Origin: an uncultured Candidatus Saccharibacteria bacterium
GTDB taxonomy: Bacteria; Patescibacteriota; Minisyncoccia; Phycocordibacterales; 01-FULL-45-15b
Direction: 5' to 3'
Length of the DNA: 47,890 nucleotides
Assembly (NCBI GenBank): GCA_964373765.1
Contig: CAYJVZ010000002.1
Span: forward strand, 1-47,890
Shown here: piece by piece, positions 26,194 through 36,067 of the stretch
Numbering within the stretch: the stretch's first letter is position 1
How the letters are laid out: each line of letters starts with the position of its first letter
Position numbers and translations under genes: made by a program
The notes under the pieces: generated by a model
What the model was told of the DNA's origin: nothing
Databases searched by the model: none
The model's input: the letters and a program-made list of their open reading frames with translations, nothing else

Positions 26194-28893
26194 TTATATA
26201 TCCTTATCATTAATAGATATCCACTCGTCTGGTGCTGCCACATTAGATCTAGACTTATTGACCGCTTTTTCCAAAATAGCCCGAGCTTTCATTTCGCTTT
26301 GATTAGCCATACTCATAATCTTTGATACGGCCGATGAAGAAAGCAATACTTTAGAATCTCTTGCCGCAGTCTCAAGCTTCTCTTCTAGAGCCTCTCTTTC
26401 GTTATTATCCATTTGCCCGCCGTATATTTTTTTTGAGTAGGAATTCCATAATTTACTGCCGTCTTCCACAGCTTCGCCGCTTACTTCATCCAGTATGGAT
26501 TTCTTGATATTGCCATTGGCCGTGTAATGATCTTCTATATTGGAACCAAATAATATTTTATTACCGAAATCGCCCGCCGCCTTTAGATATAAATTTTTGA
26601 TATGGCCATTTTTTCTGTAAGTGAAATATAAAGCTATAGCAAAACTGAAAACTATCATTAACGCGAAATAGATAACCAGCCTTAAGCCGTCATCCTCGCC
26701 GGTATATGGAATTTGGCTTAAATAGACATAAGCGGATGCTTGCGGAATGTCATCGGGCCTGTTTATTTTAGTCAAATAAACATTCGGCGGATTAGTTCCT
26801 CCGCCTCCGCAATTTGAAACACAGCCAATATTTGTTGTGGTTATTTCAATGGCGCAAGTTCTGGTGATAGTTTCATTTCCCGATTTTACTTCTACTGTGG
26901 CGCTTTTAATTCCAGTCAAGTTATAGGCTTTTTTCTCTTCGCTGTTTGTTCCGCTTAGTCCGTCAGTGCCAGTCCACAAATATGTGAAAAAACCAGTTTT
27001 GCCGGAAGCCGTCGCTCTCCAGCTAACGAGTTCATTTATTTTTGCCGAGCTCGGGCTAACCGAACAAGTAACTACAAGCGGACCATCGCATTTTGAACCC
27101 ACGAATGAAATTTCCGGCCCGTTTTCGGCAGTTTTTATGTATCTGACGCGGGCATAATAGGTATTGTTGCCAACGAGTGTCAGCGTTCCACTTGCCCCAT
27201 TTACAGGATTGAAGCCGCTCTCGGAGGAAGTGTTTAGGGCGCCAGTAGGCACATTTTTTCTCCAGTAGCCATTTGTCCAATTACTATCATTATCAATGTG
27301 AACTTCATAGCCAAGATTGCCCCGCTCGGCTTCGGTCCACGAAATATTCACTCTTGATACTAAGCCATCACAAAATGGCTCGACTATAGGCGGAGTTAAA
27401 TTTGGCAGATCAGTGACTGCTACTTCACATGTTCGATTAATAATTTCGGTTCCAGATGTTATTGTGGCTGTAGCTTGTTTTACTCCCGCGGTATTGTAAG
27501 ATTTTGTTATGGTGGGGCCTGATCCGCTTATGCCGTCACTTCCAGTCCAAACATAGCTGTATGAACCGGTTCCGCCGGTTGCCGATGCTGAAAAATTAAA
27601 CACAGTGCCGATTTTCCCAGTTAGAGGACTGACCAAACACACTCCGTTAAATTCTGGAGCATCTATTTGTTCAATTGTTACTTTGCATGTTTTAGTTATG
27701 GAAGCCGTTCCTGAAGTAATAGTTACGATTGCTTCCTTTGTTCCAATAGATGAATATGATTTGGTGAAATTAGCAGTTGACTTATTGAGTCCCTCACTGC
27801 CAGTCCAAGAATAACTATATGGTCCAGTGCCTCCAGAAACTGTAGCTGAAAAATTGAAAATATCGCCAATTTTGCCTTTGGACGGATTGACCTTGCAATT
27901 TCCGGACAACATTGGTGTATCGCAATCATTTGACTTTACTTTCGTATTGACAGTATTGCTCTCTATCCACTTCCAGCCTATCTCGTCTGCGCTAATCCTT
28001 GCTTTGTTTGGTATGTCATAAGAACTGCAGCTTACTTTGGTTACCTTGGCCCACCAAGTAATCTCTCCGCTTTCTCCGGGATTTAAAACTTTTCCATTCC
28101 AAACTAGCACCCTGGTAGCCGAAGTATACAAAGGCGTTAAGTTGTATCCGGCCTCAACATTTGAAGTATGAGTTTCATCTATAAATTGAAGATGGCTGTC
28201 AACTGTGTCCTCAATCTTTACGCCGCCGCCCGTGCAATCGGCCTCTCCTTCATTTTTGAAATTGAGTTTGTAAGTGACAATTTCTCCATCCTTGCTGACA
28301 TTAGTTTTATCTACTGATTTTGAAATGGCCAATTTACATTCCATTTTTGGCGGTGGAGCACAGTTGTCTGATTTAATTTCAGTTCGAACAGTATTGCTTT
28401 TAATCCAGTTCCATCCTAGTTCTTGGGCGGTTATCTCGGCAAAATTAGTAATTTCCTCCATTTGGCAATTCGCGGTGCTTAATCTGGCCGTCCATGTTAC
28501 TTGGCCGGATTCTCCCGGAGTCAAAACTTCGGCATTCCAAGTTAACGTTCTATTTGATGCGTTATAAACAGGAACATATTGAGGCAAACTAGGATAAGGA
28601 TAACCCGGAAGGACATTTCCTGAATGAGTTTCACTGACATATGTTAGCTTAGGACTTGGAATAGTGTCTTGAACTTTAACACCGCTTCCAGTGCAATTTG
28701 CTTGTCCAATGTTTTTAAATTTGATCGTATAGGTAATTAGCTCGCCATCAAGAGCTAGAGATTTATCTACGGACTTTACGATTTCTAGTTTGCAAGAAGT
28801 CGCCTCAACTCCCTCTGCCTGAAGCCGAAAAAAAGGCAGTATTGCTAAAATACCAATTGATGCTAGGACTATTTTTTTATATATTTTATTCAT
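26194..28893 (-). CDS. large modular cell-surface protein with an internal LPXTG-like (IPYTG) sorting signal
   Basis: Signal peptide. Two about 145-aa DUF11-like modules (CKLEIVKSVDK.. and CKLAISKSVDK..). Three about 75-aa Cys-bounded PKD-like modules (..FNFSA..GGTG.YSY.WTGS.G..). An FN3-like segment. IPYTG (residues 728-732), TM helix, RKNGH, then about 140 further residues. Confidence 0.85.
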   Translation of the reverse strand: MNKIYKKIVLASIGILAILPFFRLQAEGVEATSCKLEIVKSVDKSLALDGELITYTIKFKNIGQANCTGSGVKVQDTIPSPKLTYVSETHSGNVLPGYPYPSLPQYVPVYNASNRTLTWNAEVLTPGESGQVTWTARLSTANCQMEEITNFAEITAQELGWNWIKSNTVRTEIKSDNCAPPPKMECKLAISKSVDKTNVSKDGEIVTYKLNFKNEGEADCTGGGVKIEDTVDSHLQFIDETHTSNVEAGYNLTPLYTSATRVLVWNGKVLNPGESGEITWWAKVTKVSCSSYDIPNKARISADEIGWKWIESNTVNTKVKSNDCDTPMLSGNCKVNPSKGKIGDIFNFSATVSGGTGPYSYSWTGSEGLNKSTANFTKSYSSIGTKEAIVTITSGTASITKTCKVTIEQIDAPEFNGVCLVSPLTGKIGTVFNFSASATGGTGSYSYVWTGSDGISGSGPTITKSYNTAGVKQATATITSGTEIINRTCEVAVTDLPNLTPPIVEPFCDGLVSRVNISWTEAERGNLGYEVHIDNDSNWTNGYWRKNVPTGALNTSSESGFNPVNGASGTLTLVGNNTYYARVRYIKTAENGPEISFVGSKCDGPLVVTCSVSPSSAKINELVSWRATASGKTGFFTYLWTGTDGLSGTNSEEKKAYNLTGIKSATVEVKSGNETITRTCAIEITTTNIGCVSNCGGGGTNPPNVYLTKINRPDDIPQASAYVYLSQIPYTGEDDGLRLVIYFALMIVFSFAIALYFTYRKNGHIKNLYLKAAGDFGNKILFGSNIEDHYTANGNIKKSILDEVSGEAVEDGSKLWNSYSKKIYGGQMDNNEREALEEKLETAARDSKVLLSSSAVSKIMSMANQSEMKARAILEKAVNKSRSNVAAPDEWISINDKDI

Positions 28894-28917
28894 TTTATTT
28901 CGTAAATTAATAAATAT

Positions 28918-29544
28918 TTATTGCAATCTCTGACTGTAGGCGAAATCAGCCGTAACTACAAATCGTTCCTGCTTCCTGCCAAACGTGTTGCAGGTTGAGA
29001 GAGTTAATACTTTTCTTCCTGTTTCAAATTTAACAAGGGCTTCTTCCGCGTTCACTTTTTTTACCTCCCTTACTTTGTAAACATAAGCGTGAGTATCAGA
29101 ATTAACTCCGATCAAGTCGCCCGTCGCTAGTTCATTTATTTTGTTAAATGTTTTATAGGCTTCATTTCTGACAACCTTATAACCGGTGCTGTGGCCGAAT
29201 AAAAGAATATTGGCGTTTTCTCCAAGCAATGCCGATCCGGGATATCTGACGGCTCCCTTTTTAAGCTCTTCGTCAAGAATTGAAATTTCAGCGCTCCTCG
29301 GATTGTTGATGACACTATCAACGCCAATTTTGCCGATAATTATTCTTGATGGATACTGATAGCTTCTTGGCGAAACAGTCTCAACTAATATCCTATCCTT
29401 GCTTGAATCGTTGGCTCTCGGGGTATTTTGTCCGTAGCTTAAAGTGCCTGCGTAAGATAGGACGGCTATAACAGCAAAGTATAAAATAACACCGCTTACG
29501 CTGGCGCCAAACCAATATTTTCTTAATAGCCCTAATTTGCTCAT
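28918..29544 (-). CDS. sortase family transpeptidase
   Basis: N-terminal TM anchor, catalytic His (LLFGHSTG), TLSTCN (TLxTC) Cys motif and a downstream Arg (QERFVV). Confidence 0.85.
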   Translation of the reverse strand: MSKLGLLRKYWFGASVSGVILYFAVIAVLSYAGTLSYGQNTPRANDSSKDRILVETVSPRSYQYPSRIIIGKIGVDSVINNPRSAEISILDEELKKGAVRYPGSALLGENANILLFGHSTGYKVVRNEAYKTFNKINELATGDLIGVNSDTHAYVYKVREVKKVNAEEALVKFETGRKVLTLSTCNTFGRKQERFVVTADFAYSQRLQ

Positions 29545-29636
29545 CTTGCTAGTTTGTTATTCCTTTTTTTTGACAGATAAATTATCCTCCTCCAGTCGCA
29601 TACTGCATTTTTTATGATTATTCGTCAATGTTAAAT

Positions 29637-29665
29637 ATAGTAGCTTATTAAGTAATGTTTGTCAA
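29637..29665 (-). promoter_or_regulatory. candidate promoter for the sortase/surface-protein operon
   Basis: Minus strand: TTGACA (29660-29665)-17nt-TACTAT (29637-29642). Confidence 0.45.
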
Positions 29666-29892
29666 TGTTTTGAAGAGGTTTACTGACACAAGATAGACAC
29701 TAAGAACAAAGAAATTTTTTTAACCTTTCCGAATAAACAGAGGCGAGACCTTTGTGCCGTTTGAAATCCTTGATCCCTGCGTATTTGCAATGGATTTTAA
29801 TTTTGCGCCCATTTAATTAATGAGTGCAATATGTATCTGACCTTATGCACGCAGAAGGTATTGAAACATTACCCCAAAGCGCGTGTTCTAAC

Positions 29893-29921
29893 TTGACAAG
29901 TTAATAGTTCCCTATTATAAT
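29893..29921 (+). promoter_or_regulatory. consensus sigma70 promoter
   Basis: TTGACA (29893-29898)-17nt-TATAAT (29916-29921), about 60 nt upstream of ATG 29986. Confidence 0.65.
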
Positions 29922-29985
29922 AGCAAGCACGCATTATTATCTGATAGATTAAGATGCAAATGTAAATTTAATAAGAATTATAAAT

Positions 29986-31044
29986 ATGGAGGAAAATTCA
30001 ACACAAAATAAAGAGCAGGATAAAAAAGCAATAGTTAAGGATAACTTCATCCGAGCTTTGGCGGTAATAGGCCTTATTGTCGGATTGTATTTTGGCACGG
30101 TATTTATGATAAAGTATTCGCCAACAGTTTTTGAGAAGGTTATCGCGAACGTGGTTTCTATCACTTCAAAATTATTCAGTCGCGATAGGGATATTATTGA
30201 GGTCTACTCTGATAAATATAATGTTCGATCAGCTGAAGCTTTCACTATAAACTGGGAGAACAAAAAGAAAGGCGACGATTCCTATTTCATCAGTTATCCA
30301 TGCATTCAGGATTTGCATATTGAAATAATTACGATTGATTCAGATAACGTTGTCGTTTGCAATGAAAGAGAGGAGCTAAACATCTCAAGCAACCAGTTGA
30401 CGCTCGCCGCTTTTTCAAATAGCGAGTTTGACATTGATTTGCCAATAAGCATTTCATATGGCAAGGATGAGACTTCGGCGCTTAGAGGAGAAGTCTTGGT
30501 TACGGTCGGAAATAAAGTTTCTTCAGTTGATGACTCGCTTTCTGAATCTACCGCTGTCACTTCAAATAATCCTATCGCTGGAGCGACCACAGTTAACAGG
30601 CAACCCGGCAAGAAGACAGAGAATTTATTTGAAATAAAGGTTGATCCCATCAAGCCGCCAAATAAAGTAGGTCCTGTTGATCTAGCTCCAAGAATCATTG
30701 CGACTGGATTTATCTCTACCACAACCAATGAATTTACTTCATCTTCCAAAGTTAATCCTAAGGAGAGAATTGCGGTAAAGTTTGAAGTGGAGAATATCGG
30801 GGACGCAGTCTCCCCAGAATGGACCTTTAACGCTGTCTTGCCGACATTCCCTTCGCACATCTATCACAGCCCAAGTCAGATTGCTCTTGCTCCGGGTGAT
30901 AGGATTGAGTATGTAATCGGTTTTGACTCCGTGCTTTTGCAAAGCCAAGTTGAGGCTATAATTAACGTTGACCCGATATCAAGCGTCCGTGAGTCAAATG
31001 AAACTAATAACATCGTTAAAGCTAAAATAATTTTGGATCTTTAA
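29986..31044 (+). CDS. membrane-anchored protein with C-terminal CARDB-like domain
   Basis: N-terminal TM segment (ALAVIGLIVGLYFGTVFMI). C-terminal VKFEVENIGDAVSPEW...GDRIEYVIGFD...ESNETNN resembles CARDB adhesion-related domains. Confidence 0.6.
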   Translation: MEENSTQNKEQDKKAIVKDNFIRALAVIGLIVGLYFGTVFMIKYSPTVFEKVIANVVSITSKLFSRDRDIIEVYSDKYNVRSAEAFTINWENKKKGDDSYFISYPCIQDLHIEIITIDSDNVVVCNEREELNISSNQLTLAAFSNSEFDIDLPISISYGKDETSALRGEVLVTVGNKVSSVDDSLSESTAVTSNNPIAGATTVNRQPGKKTENLFEIKVDPIKPPNKVGPVDLAPRIIATGFISTTTNEFTSSSKVNPKERIAVKFEVENIGDAVSPEWTFNAVLPTFPSHIYHSPSQIALAPGDRIEYVIGFDSVLLQSQVEAIINVDPISSVRESNETNNIVKAKIILDL

Positions 31045-31105
31045 TCAGTCTTCTATCTCTATCTCCATTGGCAACTTGTAAAAAATATATCTAAAAAAAA
31101 ATAGC

Positions 31106-33205
31106 TTATATATCAATAGTGGCGTCCTTGGCGTTAGACTGTATAAAAGATTTTCTGGCGGGAACATCTGTTCCCATCAGCATGTCAAATATTTTGTCAG
31201 CATCTTCCGCGTCTTCTATAGTGACCTTTTTTAGGGTTCTTTTAGACGGGTCCATCGTGGTCTCCCATAATTCGTCGGCATTCATCTCACCAAGACCTTT
31301 ATATCTTTGAACTGAAATTTTGGGATTTTTCGCTTCCGATTTTAGCTCTTTGCTTTGATCGTCCTCTTCGTCCCTAGCGTTTTCGTCTTCGTTCTCATTT
31401 ATTTCATCGGTATCCGCCATCACTGGCTCATTAGCCTCCTTACCAATATATTTATTTTTTTCAGCGTCTGAATAGATGTACTTTATCTCTTTACCCTTTT
31501 TAATTTTATAAAGAGGAGGTTCGGCAATATATATGTATCCGCTCTCAATTAGAGGCTTGAAATGTCTGTAAAAAAGCGTCAAAAGAAGCGTTCTTATGTG
31601 CGCTCCATCAACATCCGCGTCACTGGCGATAATGATCTTATGATATCTCAATTTCAAAATATCAAAGGTGTCGCCAATAGCTGTTCCAAGCGCCACCACA
31701 AGATTTTTTATTTGCTCCGAGGCGAGCATTTTGTCCAGTCTGGCTCTTTCAATATTTAAAATTTTCCCTCGAAGTGGCAATATGGCTTGTGTTCTTCTGT
31801 CCCTGCCAGTTTTTGCCGTTCCTCCGGCTGAATCTCCCTCAACAATAAACAGTTCTGATTCAGAGGCCTCTTTAGTCTGGCAGTCGGCCAACTTTCCGGG
31901 CAAAGTCATGCCCTCAAGAGCGCCCTTCCTTAAAACGCTATCCTTAGCGGCCCTCGCCGCCTTTCTGGCTCTAAGCGCCAGATTGACCTTATTGACAATC
32001 AGTCTCGCGTCATCGGGACTTTCCTCAAGAAAGGCCGAGAAGCTTTCCGAAAATGCGTTGGCAACCATGCTTTGGGCTTCCACAGAACCGAGCTTTGCCT
32101 TGGTCTGGCCTTCAAATTGAATCTCGCGCAATTTGATCGAAATAACCGCGGTCAATCCTTCTAAAACATCCTCACCCGTAAAGTTATCCTCATTCTCTTT
32201 CACTAAATTATTTTTTCTGGCATAACTGTTTATAGTTCTAGTGAGCGCAGTTTTAAAGCCAGTTATATGCGTGCCGCCCTCTTGGTTATAAGTATTGTTG
32301 GCAAAGGCCGTTATTTTTGATTGGATGTCATCCGTGTATTGAAGAGCAATCTCCACACCCTCTATGTCGTTCTCACTTTTTTTGCAATAAAAAATACCTT
32401 TATGAACAGGTTTGAGCAATCGGTTGTGAAATTTCACCAAGGACTTCAATCCGCCTTCAAAATAAAAAGTCTCTGAAGGCACGTCAAGCAATAAATTCTC
32501 AATGTAAAACATGTCGTCGTAATCAAGATCACCTTCGTATTTACGGGCGTCAAAAATTCTTATTTTAAGCTTTTCAACTAGATAAGCCTGTTGCCTCATA
32601 TGAGAGATAATTTTATGCCAGTCGAAATTAATCTCCTTGAAGATTTCAGGATCAGGCTCAAACATTGTCACTGTGCCATGAAGCTTAGAACTTCCAACTT
32701 TTTTTACATTTGCCTTTTTTTCACCCTTCTTATACTCTTGCGCGTATTTGCCTCCGTCTCTATGAACTTCCACTCTGCAAAAAATGGAGAGCGCGTTTAC
32801 AACTGACGCGCCAACCCCGTGAAGTCCGCCAGAAACTTTATAGCCCTCTCCGCCAAATTTTCCGCCAGCGTGAAGTGTGGTCATTATGGTTTCAAGCGCC
32901 GATACTTTCGTCTGCTTATGCAAATCAACGGGTATGCCTCTGCCATTATCAACCACTCTTACGGCATTGTCTGGAAGGAGGGTTATTTCAATGTGATCGG
33001 CAAATCCGCCCATTGCTTCATCTCTGCCATTATCAAAAATTTCCCAAATAAGCTGGTGAAGTCCGTCCGATCCGGTCGTGCCGATATACATGCCCGGTCT
33101 TTTCCTGACAGGTTCAAGTCCCTCCAAAACGGTAATGGACGAGGCGTCATAATGATGACTGACGACCTTCTTTTTCTCTTCTTTAGCTTTTTTGACTTTG
33201 GCCAT
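31106..33205 (-). CDS. gyrB: DNA gyrase subunit B
   Basis: GHKL ATPase (GLHQLIWEIFDNGRDE), TOPRIM (EGDSAGG), PLRGKILNIE. Acidic insert near the C-terminus. Confidence 0.95.
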   Translation of the reverse strand: MAKVKKAKEEKKKVVSHHYDASSITVLEGLEPVRKRPGMYIGTTGSDGLHQLIWEIFDNGRDEAMGGFADHIEITLLPDNAVRVVDNGRGIPVDLHKQTKVSALETIMTTLHAGGKFGGEGYKVSGGLHGVGASVVNALSIFCRVEVHRDGGKYAQEYKKGEKKANVKKVGSSKLHGTVTMFEPDPEIFKEINFDWHKIISHMRQQAYLVEKLKIRIFDARKYEGDLDYDDMFYIENLLLDVPSETFYFEGGLKSLVKFHNRLLKPVHKGIFYCKKSENDIEGVEIALQYTDDIQSKITAFANNTYNQEGGTHITGFKTALTRTINSYARKNNLVKENEDNFTGEDVLEGLTAVISIKLREIQFEGQTKAKLGSVEAQSMVANAFSESFSAFLEESPDDARLIVNKVNLALRARKAARAAKDSVLRKGALEGMTLPGKLADCQTKEASESELFIVEGDSAGGTAKTGRDRRTQAILPLRGKILNIERARLDKMLASEQIKNLVVALGTAIGDTFDILKLRYHKIIIASDADVDGAHIRTLLLTLFYRHFKPLIESGYIYIAEPPLYKIKKGKEIKYIYSDAEKNKYIGKEANEPVMADTDEINENEDENARDEEDDQSKELKSEAKNPKISVQRYKGLGEMNADELWETTMDPSKRTLKKVTIEDAEDADKIFDMLMGTDVPARKSFIQSNAKDATIDI

Positions 33206-33417
33206 AAAATAAAAAGCCCACGGCTTTACGTGTTAAATTATAGCAAATATATAGCTAAAAATAAAGGCCTGAAAACATTTTAGTGGATAAATATATGGCT
33301 TAAAATATAGCTAGTTTGAGATTTTCCGCTCTTAGATTTTAAGAATGACTGCTGTTTGAAAATTAAGTTTGTTAAGACAATAAATGCGCCAAATTCGAGG
33401 CTTGAGATAATACTTTT

Positions 33418-35322
33418 TTACCTGACTTGCCACTGCCTCTTTTTGGCCGCCTCGCTGATTTTGTCCATGACAACATTGACTTCGTCATCAGTCAGAGTTC
33501 TTTGATCCGACTGAAAAATGAGCCTATGAGCGTAAGAGGTCATTTTCGATCCATCTTTTGAATCTTTTTCAAATGTATCAAACAACGTGACCCTCCGGAG
33601 CAGTTTGCCGCCATTTCTCTCAATCAATTCAGACAATTCCGCGCTGGTAACGCCAGCAGGAACAAATATAGCTATGTCGCGGGCAATAAAGGGATAGACG
33701 GAAATTTTTTTGAATTTAACATTCTGACTATTAGGTTCTTTTATATCCCACCTCGGCGGCTCGCTGACTTTGTCAAAAATAGAATCAATTTGGACTTCCA
33801 TTATCCCTTCGTTAATATTACTTTTGTCCCACTTCACTTCGCCAATGAATTTCGATAGCTCGTCCTCGATTTTACTTAACTCAATCTCGTCATGTTTAGT
33901 ATTATTCAAAAGGCGGCCCCGAACGCCAACGGCCAGTGACAAGCTTTCACCGTCCTTATTAAAAATCTTTCCAATCTCAAATATTTTAATCTCTTGAAGG
34001 CCGAGTAAATCCGCGTTCAATAAATTTTTCCTTAGCGAATCTTTCATTTTTATTTTAAGCGTCGATCGAAGAAATCTTTTATCGCTAGCTAAAGGATTTT
34101 CTATCTCGCGGTAATCATCGTTTGAGAAGGACGATGTTAGAATTTCAGAAAAACCAAAGTCGTTTAATACATCCTTAATTTTCTCCACGTAATAAAATTG
34201 CTTATTTATTGAAATGCCTTGCGTCATTTCGGGAAAATTAGCTTTGATTGCTTGATACCCCATCAGTCGAGCTACTTCTTCGGCAATATCTTGATCAATT
34301 TTTAGGTCGAGTCTGAATTTTGGTATTGTCAGTCGAAAATTTTCCCCCTCAACCCTCACATCTATTTCAAGTCGCCTAAGATAGTCTTTGATGGCTTCCT
34401 TAGAAACTTCAAGCCCGAGGACGCTAGATATTTTAGAGGGATTGACCGTTATATCAACTGGCAAAAGAGGCTTTTGATATATATCAATTGTCTTTGAAAT
34501 AGAGCAGCCTTTCATTGTTGATTTAAGCAAGGCGTCAAAACGCTTCAAGGCGGTGTCCGCAAACGATTGCGGTAAATTATTTTCAAACCTTTTGGAGGCT
34601 GCCGTTATTATACTTAATCTTTTTGAAGTCCCTCTTATATTTGAAGGTTCAAAATTCGCGACTTCAAGTAAAATTCGGCGGGTTTTTTCGTCAACTTCAG
34701 TTCTTTTACCGCCCTTTATTCCAGCAATGGCGATTGGCCCAGCACTATCGGCTATAACCAGCGTCTCGCTGTCTAGGGCTATTTTTTTGTCATCCAATGT
34801 AAGTATTTCTTCGCCAGATTTTGATTTACGAACTCTAATTTCTCCATTTATTTTATCAAGATCAAAGGCGTGTATGGGCTGTCCGACGTCAAACATGACA
34901 TAATTTGCTAAATCAACCACATTGTTGATAGACTTCTCGCCTATTGATAAAAGGCTGTCTTTAATCAAACCGCTTGATTTCTCGACTCTAATATTTTCAA
35001 CAACTTGCGCCATGTACCTCCTACAGGCTCCATCCTCAACTAGAATATTCGGCTCTCCATCATACTTAAAATCAACTTCTTCTAAGTCTGGTATTTTCTT
35101 TTTTTTCTGGATAATTGCGGCTAAGTCATACGCTATGCCTTCATGACTTAAGGCGTAGTGAGCTCGGTCCGGCAGAACTTTGATGTCATAAATAGTGTTA
35201 TCGCTTTTCTTTTCAACATTTTCCACTTCATAAGCGTGAAAAGTAATGAGCCTTCTAAGTTCGTCGTCGTCCGGCAAGGCGTCGTTGAAATATCTCTGCA
35301 GCCATTTTTTGGAAATAAGCAT
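33418..35322 (-). CDS. pheT: phenylalanine--tRNA ligase beta subunit (short form, 634 aa)
   Basis: N-terminal ISKKWLQRYF, B3/4 and B5 regions, C-terminal FDX-ACB-like end. Adjacent to pheS. The OB-fold tRNA-binding insert seems absent. Confidence 0.88.
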   Translation of the reverse strand: MLISKKWLQRYFNDALPDDDELRRLITFHAYEVENVEKKSDNTIYDIKVLPDRAHYALSHEGIAYDLAAIIQKKKKIPDLEEVDFKYDGEPNILVEDGACRRYMAQVVENIRVEKSSGLIKDSLLSIGEKSINNVVDLANYVMFDVGQPIHAFDLDKINGEIRVRKSKSGEEILTLDDKKIALDSETLVIADSAGPIAIAGIKGGKRTEVDEKTRRILLEVANFEPSNIRGTSKRLSIITAASKRFENNLPQSFADTALKRFDALLKSTMKGCSISKTIDIYQKPLLPVDITVNPSKISSVLGLEVSKEAIKDYLRRLEIDVRVEGENFRLTIPKFRLDLKIDQDIAEEVARLMGYQAIKANFPEMTQGISINKQFYYVEKIKDVLNDFGFSEILTSSFSNDDYREIENPLASDKRFLRSTLKIKMKDSLRKNLLNADLLGLQEIKIFEIGKIFNKDGESLSLAVGVRGRLLNNTKHDEIELSKIEDELSKFIGEVKWDKSNINEGIMEVQIDSIFDKVSEPPRWDIKEPNSQNVKFKKISVYPFIARDIAIFVPAGVTSAELSELIERNGGKLLRRVTLFDTFEKDSKDGSKMTSYAHRLIFQSDQRTLTDDEVNVVMDKISEAAKKRQWQVR

Positions 35323-35323
35323 A

Positions 35324-36055
35324 TTAAAATTGATTAGTTAAATGAAGATCGCCCCAATAAAATTGCCGGACGTCCTCAATGCCATATTTCAGCATTATCA
35401 GCCTGTCTACTCCACCGCCAAAGGCGAAGCCCTGTGAGGTCTCGTCAACTCCGGCCGCTTTAAAAACATTCGGATGCACCATACCGGCTCCAAATACTTC
35501 AATCCAACCTGACTCTTTGCAGATATTACAGCCTTCGCCTTTGCATTTATAACAAGATATATCAACCTCGACCGATGGCTCGGTGAACGGAAAATAGCTC
35601 GGTCTGAATCTTACTTCTATGTCCTCGCCAAAAAATTCTCTAAAAAAGAAAGTCAAAGTGCCCTTTAGATCGGAAAGTGATACATTTTTTCCTACCGATA
35701 ATCCTTCAACTTGGTAAAATTGCGCCTCGTGAGTGGCGTCTGTCGCTTCGTTCCTAAAGGTTTTTCCGGGCACTATGATTTTTAGAGGGGGTTTGTTCTT
35801 TTCCATATAGCGCACTTGGACAGGCGATGTGTGGGTCCTTAAAAGCGTCCTTTCGGAGCCTTGACTGTCAGATTTTAGCCAAAAAGTGTCGTGCATGTCT
35901 CTTGAAGGATGATCTTTGGGAAAATTTAATGCGTCAAAATTGTAAAACTCTGTTTCGATTTCCGGACCTAGAGCTATGCTAAAACCTATTTTAGAGAAAA
36001 TGCGCCTTATGTCGCGGAGAGCCACAGTTATCGGATGAAGATGTCCTTTTGGCAT
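35324..36055 (-). CDS. pheS: phenylalanine--tRNA ligase alpha subunit (catalytic core only, about 243 aa)
   Basis: GHLHPIT, FPKDHPSRDMHDTF, YFPFTEPSVEVD and GAGMVHPNV. ATG at 36053-36055 preferred over TTG 36064. No N-terminal coiled-coil arm. Confidence 0.9.
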   Translation of the reverse strand: MPKGHLHPITVALRDIRRIFSKIGFSIALGPEIETEFYNFDALNFPKDHPSRDMHDTFWLKSDSQGSERTLLRTHTSPVQVRYMEKNKPPLKIIVPGKTFRNEATDATHEAQFYQVEGLSVGKNVSLSDLKGTLTFFFREFFGEDIEVRFRPSYFPFTEPSVEVDISCYKCKGEGCNICKESGWIEVFGAGMVHPNVFKAAGVDETSQGFAFGGGVDRLIMLKYGIEDVRQFYWGDLHLTNQF

Positions 36056-36067
36056 ATTAATCAACTA

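Noticed and set aside
33206-33417. Replication origin upstream of gyrB
   Set aside because: The spacer is AT-rich, but I found only one imperfect DnaA box (TTATCCACt, 33283-33291). There is no box cluster and no dnaA or dnaN nearby.
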